From: Thecamonas trahens ATCC 50062
Lineage: Eukaryota; Protista; Apusomonadida
Assembly (NCBI RefSeq): GCF_000142905.1
Contig: NW_013657641.1
Span: 130,907 to 194,906 of the forward strand
Reading direction: 5' to 3'
Length of the DNA: 64,000 bases
Part shown: in pieces, positions 56,102 through 64,000 of the stretch
Layout: each line of letters starts with the position of its first letter
How positions within the stretch are numbered: the stretch's first letter is position 1
The notes under the pieces: model-generated
Database searches by the model: none
What the model was told of the DNA's origin: nothing
The model's input: only the letters and a program-made list of their open reading frames with translations
Program-made: the position numbers and the translations under genes

Positions 56102-58217
56102 TCATGCCAGCGGCTTGACTCGCTTGGCTAGCGGCTCGGTAGAGGCGAGGCCGTCGGTCCGCTTTCGCTTCTTCTTGGCACCGCTGCTCGTCATTGGAAT
56201 GCTTGCGCGCTTGGCGACGTCGGCCTCGAATCGTGCCTTGGCCTTTGTCAGCTTAGCGAGCAAGTGATCGACAGCCGAAATTGCCGGCTTGGACACGGCG
56301 TAGCCTGTGCGCAGGGCAGCGAGGCGGTCCTCGAGCCCACCCATGGCCTGCATGATGCGGTCAAGCTTGGGCCACGCCTTGGGCTGCAGCGAGTTAGCCG
56401 ACGCGTTCCAAAAGTGCCGCAGCAGCTCGGTGACTGCGGCATCGAGCGGAACAATGCGGTCGACAAAGCCGGTTGGCATTTGCTGCATCCGAAGGTGGGA
56501 GTCGGCCTCGGACGACTGGCGGACACGCGAGGCGGCCATGACTCCGTCGAGCACGGCGTCGGCGTCAGGCACGGTCCGGACACCGGCTGGGGCTGCCGCC
56601 ACCTGCTTGCTGAACAGCGAGCCGCGAATGTATGCCCCCGCGGTGCAGGAGCATCTCCCGGTCCAGCGCCTGCTGACTGGCCAGTCGCAGCAGACGCGCC
56701 GGTGCTAAAGTAAGCCGAGGTGTCGATGATCTCCAGTGGAATGGTCTCCGGCTCGGGCTCGGCCTCGAGCTCACGGATGCGGGCGGCCTCGGCCATGAGC
56801 GACTTGGAGACTGTGAGCGGGACCACATCCGAGTCCTCGAGCACAATCATCGAGTGGCGGTTGACGCGGCGGACAAGAGACTTGGACTCACGGACCTTGC
56901 GTGGCTTGGTCGACTTTGTGCGGCCGACGACAGCTGCGCGGGCCGGCGCCGACGACCGCGCCTGCGAGGCGGTGTGTGGGTCGAGGCTGCCCGCCACGGT
57001 TCCGTAGCCGTATAACTCCGAGACGGCCGAGTCGTCGCGCAGGGCATTGAGCTGCAGCGAGCGCTTTTGGAGCTCGGGCTGGGTTCGAGCCAGGACGGCA
57101 GCAGAGGCCGACGCAGTCTCGACCGACGGATCGGTCAGCCGGCGGAAGCGGACGTTGTGAGTGTCGATCTTGTCGATGATACCGGCCCGGTTGGCGTTGT
57201 TCTGGTGGAGGTAGTAGTGGTTAAAGTACTTTGTCCAGAACGCGACCTTGTCCATCTTGGCCGGGACCAGTTCCTTGTAGGCTAGGTGGACGTGCGGGTT
57301 CTCGAGGAAAATGTGATGGATGACCTCGGGTGTGATCGAGAACTGGATGTGAGTCGAGTTCTGGGCCTTGGGCCGGACGTCGGCGAGGAGCTCCGTCGAC
57401 ATGCCGACGTGCTGGCGTTCGGGCGCGAGCCGCTCACGAGCCACAAGCTCTTTGCGCGACTCCCAGAACTCGTCGTCGGTAATGGCGTCCGTGCCCACGA
57501 GCTGGGCGTGGAGCTCGGCGAGGCCCTTGTCCTTGGCGAGGAGGGCGAGCCGGTACTCGGTGTCGCGCGACGAAGCGGCCATGACCTTGTCGACTGCGCC
57601 CTTGTTGGCTGCATTTTCGCTCCCGCTCGCCGACGCGCCAATAGCCTCGGCTCGCGCTAGCCGCTCCTGCAGCGCGCTGCGCATGTTGGCCAGCTCGAGC
57701 TTGATCCTGTCGCGCTCGGCCTCACGCGCGTCCGACACAAACTCAAAGGTGTACGCTTTGCCTGAAGCGACCTCAATCTTGAGCAAGATAGCTGGCGTCG
57801 ACGGCGTCGAGACAAAGTGTTTGACAATGGTGGGGACCTCGATCTGGATCGGCCTGCTCCGCCGCTGGCCAAAGAAGAGTACCCGCTGCGAGGAGAGGAC
57901 GAGCTCGCCGAGTTCCTTGCCCATGCGCACGGTACTGGTGATAGCAAAGGACGAACAGTAACAGAGGGGGGGCGGGGGGTGAGTACTGGTCGAGGCCATG
58001 CCATGGTTGGCTCATCGAGGCAGAGTGCCTTGCATGGTGGTCTTGACTGGCACGGCTATCCGAGTGGCCGTGAGGGGCTGAGTCGCCTTTGAGCGCGGCA
58101 TGCAGGCAAGGGAGGACGAGGAGGGGGAGGGGAGAAAGGAGAGAGGGGGAGGGGAGGGGAGGGGGGGGCTTACCTGCGGAGGATAACCTCTTCATCCTTC
58201 CGACGCCAGTCTGACAT
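56102..58217 (-). CDS. GTF2H1: TFIIH p62 subunit (Tfb1): PH + BSD domains
   Basis: BSD motifs (LHAQLV...ITDDEFWESR; IFLENPHV...LVP...FWTKYF), NRHSMIVL and ELLRHFW. Intron 57935-58173 (GTAAGC...ACTCAC...CAG); frameshift near 56637. Confidence 0.9.
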
Positions 58218-58383
58218 GACCCGTGTGTGTCCGAGGGGGGAGGAGACGAGTGCGGTCGCTTCCGCGGCCGGGCGCACTGCGTCGCTCTCACTCTCCCTCT
58301 CGCCTCTCGCCATCATTCGCTCGCGCGCCCGCTACAGCTTCAGGGCTGGCACGCCCAATCATGTTAAATCATTTAGATGAAAG

Positions 58384-60360
58384 TCATGAGACTGTTGATG
58401 GTGTTGGCGTCGACGATGAGTAGCCGGTGCTGGAGGAGGTGCTGGCTGAGGAGCCCGAGCCAGTAGCTGACATCGACGGGTTGTTGCCAGACGCCTTGTT
58501 GCTGCCGGTCGCGTTATCGTTGCTCGACGACTTGTCGTTAGTCGACGAGTTGGCGCTAGGAACAGCAGACGATTCCGAGGTCGAATGGGCGTCGTCAGCG
58601 GCGGACGACTTCGGGCGCTTGGAGTAGCCGTTCCCAGAGGCGATGGGCGTGGTACGGTCGTCGTCGCGCTTGCGCTTGCGCACAAACTCCGAGTAGTTGG
58701 GCTGAGAGTACTGGTTCGGCTGCTTTGAGAAGGTAGTCGGGATGGGAACGGTCTGCTGTTGACGCAGCATCCGCTTGTACTTGGCGCGGCGATTTTGGAA
58801 CCAGATGGTGACCGAGTGGTGCGGCAGATCGAGAGTGCCAGCGGTGGCCTTGCACACCTTCTGCGAAGGGTACTGGTTTTCTGCAAACATGGCTTCGAGA
58901 TGCTGCAGCTGGGCCTCAGAGAGGCGGACGCGTGCGCGGCGGCCCTTCTTGGGCTTGGATGCGCCCAATGAACTGCCCCTGCCGTCGTCGCCAGTCGACG
59001 CGTGCGATGGGGTGGCCATGTGCCTGGGTGAGTGAGTGGGAGCGGTTTGGAGCATCATCGGTCCGCGGCCCGAGGTCGAGGCCAGGACGGCGTTTGAGTC
59101 TGGGACGGTGATAAACACGTTGTTCGACGGCCATGAACCCATGTGCATGCTCGACGGGTAGGACATGCCGTTAGAGCCCGGCGCCCATCCGGGCATGGCG
59201 ACCGAGGCGCGCAGCATATCCGAGTAGACCTGCGGCGAGACCGGCATACCGTTGACACTACCCGAGGGCGGCAAGAGCGACGATGACTGCACATTGACCG
59301 CCGTCTCAGGGTAGAACGGGAGCTGGTTGGCCGGAGGCAGGAGCGTGCCCTGTTGTGATGTGCCATGAGGCGGGCCCTGGCCGGGCACCTGCTGCTGCAT
59401 CATTTGCATGGCATGACCCGAGGAAGGCTTGGCGTTGGGCGCGCCACTTCCATTGGCGACGCCCGGCGACGCGGCGTGGGCCTGGGCGAGCTCTTGCGGA
59501 CCAGCGAGCGGGCCAGGTTGGCTTGAGGAATGTGCGGCGGTGGCCTGCGCCGCCTGCGCTGCTTGCGCCGCCTGCGCTGCCTGCGCTGCCTGTGCCGCCT
59601 GCGCTGCCTGCGCTGCCTGCGCTGCCTGCGCCGCCTGCGCCGCCTGCGCTGCCTGCGCTGCCTGCGCCGACTGCGCCGCCTGCGTCTGGAGCGCCGCCTG
59701 CTGCGACGCCATCGCCTGCAATTGATACTGGCGATGCAGCTGTTGTTGCTGCTGCTGATGCATCTGCAGCTGGTACTGCTGCTGATGCTGGGCTTGGAGC
59801 TGCTGCCGGAGCTGCTGCTGCAGCTGCTGCTGCACGAGCTGCTGCTTTTGCATGGCCTGCAGCTGCTGCGAGACGAGGGCGTGCTGATTGGTCATCATGC
59901 CGCCGCTGTTCGGATGCATGCCGTGCCCAATCGAGCCCGTGTCGGTGAGGCATGACTCGGCGCCCGACTGCGCGCCGGCCCAAGCACTGGGCGACGGTCC
60001 CACAAATTGGCCCGACGCCGACCCGGCCAAGCCAGCATACTGCTGCTGCAGGTCCACTCCCGGCAGGCTTCCCTGCGGCATACCCTGCGTATGGTGCATG
60101 CCAACGGGCACAGAGGCCGCAAGCATGGAGCCGTCTAGGTTGTACGGGGCGGCGGTCACCCTGCCAGCGCCGTTCATGTTGCTGCCCGGGAGACCAGGAA
60201 AAACCTTCGGGGGCTCTGCCCCCCCAGGCATGGCCACGCTGCCCTGTGTAGAAGCGGACGCCTCAAGGCCAGTATGGCTCGAGGGGGACATGCCCTGCCC
60301 CGCCTCTACCGCCATGGTTGGGCCGGTAGGCCGTCCCTCGGCCTTCGACATGTTGGACAT
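58384..60360 (-). CDS. Non-TALE homeodomain transcription factor with polyQ and (AAQ)n regions
   Basis: RRARVRLSEAQLQHLEAMFAENQYPS...VTIWFQNRRAKYKR (Q50). Confidence 0.92.
   Translation of the reverse strand: MSNMSKAEGRPTGPTMAVEAGQGMSPSSHTGLEASASTQGSVAMPGGAEPPKVFPGLPGSNMNGAGRVTAAPYNLDGSMLAASVPVGMHHTQGMPQGSLPGVDLQQQYAGLAGSASGQFVGPSPSAWAGAQSGAESCLTDTGSIGHGMHPNSGGMMTNQHALVSQQLQAMQKQQLVQQQLQQQLRQQLQAQHQQQYQLQMHQQQQQQLHRQYQLQAMASQQAALQTQAAQSAQAAQAAQAAQAAQAAQAAQAAQAAQAAQAAQAAQAAQAAQATAAHSSSQPGPLAGPQELAQAHAASPGVANGSGAPNAKPSSGHAMQMMQQQVPGQGPPHGTSQQGTLLPPANQLPFYPETAVNVQSSSLLPPSGSVNGMPVSPQVYSDMLRASVAMPGWAPGSNGMSYPSSMHMGSWPSNNVFITVPDSNAVLASTSGRGPMMLQTAPTHSPRHMATPSHASTGDDGRGSSLGASKPKKGRRARVRLSEAQLQHLEAMFAENQYPSQKVCKATAGTLDLPHHSVTIWFQNRRAKYKRMLRQQQTVPIPTTFSKQPNQYSQPNYSEFVRKRKRDDDRTTPIASGNGYSKRPKSSAADDAHSTSESSAVPSANSSTNDKSSSNDNATGSNKASGNNPSMSATGSGSSASTSSSTGYSSSTPTPSTVS
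59543..59685. repeat. 9-bp coding repeat, (Ala-Ala-Gln) about 15 times
   Basis: GCCTGCGCY units. Confidence 0.9.
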
Positions 60361-61497
60361 GGTGGGTGCGGGCCTCGGTCGTCGGCCGTCAATCCTACCC
60401 GCCTTGGCAGAAAAGATGCGCCGCGTGCGTTGACGGGACCGTAATCAAGTTGCTATTGCACACCCAGACAGAGAGAGCCGTGCTAAGCCCCTGGTTTGTG
60501 CTTTGTGTGCCTGTTCTCTCGTCGAACTTGCAGGAGAACCCGTGTGCTGCGAGAGAGATGCTTACCCGTCCCTCTCGCCTGACCAGTCCAAACGTTTTGC
60601 GCGTACGGTGGCGCCTACGGAACGGCCTTCCGAAAATTTTCGACCAGATGGGATTCTATGTCACGGCAAGATATCCTGGCCATCTGCTTCTTGTCCGTAC
60701 CTATATAGCTTCCACTTTGATATGGGCGACTTCTCTCTGCCTGTTGTATCTTGCCATGTGGTGCGATGGGTACTCTTTGCTCTCTTTCGTGCGATCGCGT
60801 CCAAGAGCGATGTTGCGTGGCAGCCAAGGCAATTTAGCCTTGCCAGTGAGGCAACCTACGCGAAGGCTACGTCCACATGTGCGCAGTAAACATCTGCAGT
60901 CAAGGAAAGATAGCACAAGCACAAAACGCCCCCCATCCCGCCCATGCTAACCCAGGTTGCCCTTCTTTGGCCAATCGATCACGACACGGGCAATAGAACG
61001 ATGTTTGTCCGAAAGTCGCCGCACCAGTGGTGGTGGCATGTTGGTGCGTTTGCTGGTCATGCCCACACCCTGCTCACCCTCCGCATATTCTGGTCATGAT
61101 ATACCCCGCACTTGCCAATTTCAAAGTCAAAAGGCCAATTTACACCAACACGCGAATTGGCGAGCCCACTTTGACCCATCGCAGCCACTTTGACCATCGC
61201 TCCTTTGCTGGTCCAATCCACGACGGCCTTCAGCTTCGCGGCCGCATCGCCAACCGCAGAACCAGACAGGGGCTTCCGTGCGAGCAGCCGGTGCATCCCT
61301 GCAGCCACCGCACCAGCCGTGCTTGGGATTCGAAAAGCGTTACAAGTACGGCATTGATTGCCAATTGCCGAGCCTCAATGGTCGAGCCCTACCATTCGCT
61401 TTTGTCCCTTTTCCGCATTCTCCGCGGCCCAACGGCAACGGCCAGCAGCCCAGCACTGGTCGGCCAGCTAACGGCCAGCCACCCGTCGGACCTCGCC

Positions 61498-62142
61498 ATG
61501 GAGCTCGCCTTCAATCCTCCGCAGTCGCCCCAGGCCCGTGCCCCGGCTCGCCACAGCTACAACTCGTTGGTTGCGGCACAAAACCGGGCGGTCGCCATCG
61601 GGCTCGCCACACCCACCCGCGCCGTCGACGTGTCATTCCCCTCGGCCCGCCCGAGTCCGGTCTCGCCGGCCTTTGCCTACCTTCGCCGCCGTGACGCACT
61701 CGCCTCCATCGCCGCCGACAAGCGCGCCACCGACATGCCAGTGCTGCGGCGGGCTTCGAGCCCTGCCTCTGGCTCTCGTGCCCGCGCTGCATCGGCCTCA
61801 CCGCGGCTGCGGTTCGGCTCGGCCGCCCACCTCGAGTACATCCGCAAGCTCGAGGCCCGCGTCGACGATGCCGACGATCGCGCCGTCCGCGCCCACCTCG
61901 CCCACATCGCTGCAGCACCGGCAACTCGCGGTGAGCCTGGCGCAGCGGCTAGGCTTGCCGAAGCCTCGTCATCGCACCTCTACTCGCGCGGCATCGCCGC
62001 CCACTTTGAGGCCTCACGCGCCGCGCTTCTCGGCGCTGGCACATCGATGGCCGGCGTCCTCCGCGACCTCGATCGTGAGCGTGAGCAGGCTGCCCGCGGG
62101 GAGAAGCTCGCCCGGTTTAAGTTGCGCAAGTGGGGAGAGTGA
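61498..62142 (+). CDS. Hypothetical protein (about 214 aa)
   Basis: ATG in a GCCATGG context, a shift to coding-type GC content and a helical C-terminus; the stop converges with WDR74. Confidence 0.55.
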   Translation: MELAFNPPQSPQARAPARHSYNSLVAAQNRAVAIGLATPTRAVDVSFPSARPSPVSPAFAYLRRRDALASIAADKRATDMPVLRRASSPASGSRARAASASPRLRFGSAAHLEYIRKLEARVDDADDRAVRAHLAHIAAAPATRGEPGAAARLAEASSSHLYSRGIAAHFEASRAALLGAGTSMAGVLRDLDREREQAARGEKLARFKLRKWGE

Positions 62143-62172
62143 GCACGCGCTGAGCTCTGCGTTGGCCAGAAG

Positions 62173-62255
62173 CTACGAGTGCTTGGCGCGTTTGCTGGCC
62201 GGTGCCTCCGAGCCGTCGGCTCCGCGCTTGCGGGTCGTGGCCTCGCTGTTGTCAC

Positions 62256-62291
<36 letters not shown>

Positions 62292-63692
62292 ACTCGTACT
62301 CGTACTCGTCGTTGCTCGCCGATGAGAGCTCCTCCCACAGTGCATTGTCGGTGATCCGGTTCCCGTGCTCGTCGCGCAGCGTGCTGTCGATGGCCTCGAC
62401 GGTCTTGGCGGCGTCGTTCTCGTCGTCGTCGTAGTAGTACTCGTACTCGTCATCGCTGCCGGCAGCGCCTTCGGCCGCACCCGCCCGCGACGGCTTGCTT
62501 CCGTCGTCGGCGTCGGTTTCGTTGGGCGCACAATGCCCTCGGGCGAGAAGAGGATGGCCGCAATCTTGGACTTGTGGTAAATCTTGAGGATGGTCTTCCG
62601 TGAGCGGAGGTCGTGAACGTGCAGATGACGGTCGAGGCCGCCCGAGGCGACTAGCGGCAGGCCGCCCTTGTGGCTGTCAATGCTCCGCACCGACGCCGAC
62701 AGCCCGCGAAGCTTGCCGTACATCCGCCGCGCCGACGCCTCGGTGTCGAGCTTGAACAGGTTGCCGGTCTTGTCGCCGACAAGCACAATCCACGACGCGC
62801 CACCGACGGCAGTACACGTGCTGAGCGACTCGGGGAAGGTCTCAGTCCACACCGGACGCCGATCCTCGGCTGCCAGATCGTACACCCGCGTCCAGCCGTA
62901 CGACGACGACGCCACGAGCATCGTCGGGTCGCGCGGGAGCCAAGCAATGCCGGTCACCCACACTCCGGGCTTGATCCGCGTCCGCGGGTCCTTGGGCATG
63001 TTCTGTGCAATCCACACCGTCTCGCCCGTCGCAAGATCCGTCACCCGCACGTCGTTCTTCTGCCCGCCGGTCGCGATCCGCATCACGCCCTCCTCTGGCG
63101 ACATCACCGCCGCGCCCACAGGCCCGCGCACCTTGGCCACGGACGCAAACCGAGTCGTCGGGTCCGGCCGGCCCAGCACCCGCACGCCTGCCAACATAAC
63201 ATACTCATCGGCGTCGTCATCGGCGTCGTTGGAGGTCTTGCCTTTGCCCTTGCCCTTGCCCTTGCCCTTGCCCTTGCCCTTGCCGCTGCCCTTGCCGCTG
63301 CCCTTGCCTGCATCCGCCTCTGCGCAGTGCAGCCCGTCCGGCGACAGATCCATGACCCCGATGCGGCCCTCGGTGGAAACGACCAGAACCAGGCCGTCCT
63401 CGGACAGCTTTGAGCAGAAGATGGGCTTCTCGGTCGGAGTGGTGGCCTGCCACTGGCGCTGGACCAAGACGGCAGGCTTCTCGCCCGAGACCGCCACCAC
63501 CGAAATCGTCCCGTCTGCCGTGCCCGCCACCACAGAGTCCGGCACCGTGCTGTCGTTAGAGAGCTGCGGACCCCATCCGAGACAGACCACCGGCGACCGC
63601 GAGCCGGTCACCGCCACATACCCGAGCGCCTTCTTGCTCTCCAGCTGGAGGACCTTGACCACCCCCGTAGTTGATCCTGTCACAACACGCAT
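62173..63692 (-). CDS. WDR74: WDR74/Nsa1 ribosome biogenesis WD40 protein
   Basis: IATGGQKND, WIAQNMPKD....PGVWVTGI, RVYD....RRPV, VGDKTGNL and SGGLDRHL. A frameshift at the C-run near 62525 leads to an acidic tail ending ...ASKRAKHS* (TAG at 62173-62175). Confidence 0.88.
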
Positions 63693-64000
63693 GCTCTTGG
63701 CTACCTTGTTCTGTCCACGTGCAAGTCACAAACTCCTCGGCCCCAAGACGTGTGCTGGCTCCCCTCTCCGCCGACCCCCTTGCCGCCCGTCGCCCCGTCG
63801 TGCCTTGCCAGGATGGGGAGGAGGATGGATGGCAGACTCGGTCGAACCAACCCTCGACTCGACTTGCCGCACGAGCCGACCTGACCTGGCCAGCTCCAAC
63901 TCTCGATGACCAAAACATCCGCGTCATCACACACAACACGCTCTCGTCCTCCCGCTCTTGATTTTGTATGCACAGCATCGGTATATGTTCATATCCCAAA

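Noticed and set aside
60366-60950. 194-aa plus-strand ORF
   Set aside because: It has a non-ATG start, atypical codon usage and no motifs; it is more likely upstream or UTR sequence of the homeobox gene.
207-62526. Programmed ribosomal frameshifting in eight genes (near 210, 4305, 16170, 18175, 27368, 44384, 56637 and 62525)
   Set aside because: The shifts fall at short homopolymers of different bases with no shared slippery motif, and several are in essential genes (TFIIH p62, WDR74). Pyrosequencing indel errors explain them best, so they are not called pseudogenes either. Resequencing would settle it.
40816-63692. Ribosome-biogenesis cluster (WDR43, SERBP1, NOL9, WDR74)
   Set aside because: The genes are not adjacent and I saw no shared upstream motif; testing this needs genome-wide statistics.
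1-64000. tRNA, rRNA, transposase or viral genes
   Set aside because: None were recognisable by eye; a covariance-model scan could not be run.

Overview
A gene-dense, GC-rich eukaryotic window. It holds about 29 protein-coding genes, short intergenic spacers, two N gaps and, in roughly a third of genes, a single intron near the 5' end. Its composition, gene content and homopolymer frameshifts suggest a 454-era draft assembly of an amorphean protist such as the apusomonad Thecamonas trahens; this is an inference and is not verified. Recognisable genes: a dynamin-like GTPase, a Ubp2/USP25-like deubiquitinase, a PH-RapGAP-CNH protein, a TKL kinase, TBC1D5, a GAP1-type RasGAP, a GT2 glycosyltransferase, SAC2/INPP5F, a long TPR protein, SLC25A44, a Myb protein, a RasGEF, cyclin C, WDR43, a GH5 endoglycoceramidase, SERBP1, aftiphilin, a SYS1-like protein, NOL9, TFIIH p62, a homeobox protein and WDR74. 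Three signals stand out. (1) Almost every intron I could reconstruct has the non-canonical branch-point candidate ACTCAC, often with no polypyrimidine tract, which hints at a modified U2/branch-recognition system. (2) An orphan enzyme has a SelO/kinase-like motif order. (3) Two paralogous cysteine-rich surface or secreted proteins share an intron position; one is membrane/GPI-tailed and one is soluble. Eight in-gene frameshifts sit at homopolymers and are treated as sequencing errors. No RNA genes, CRISPR arrays or mobile elements could be supported.
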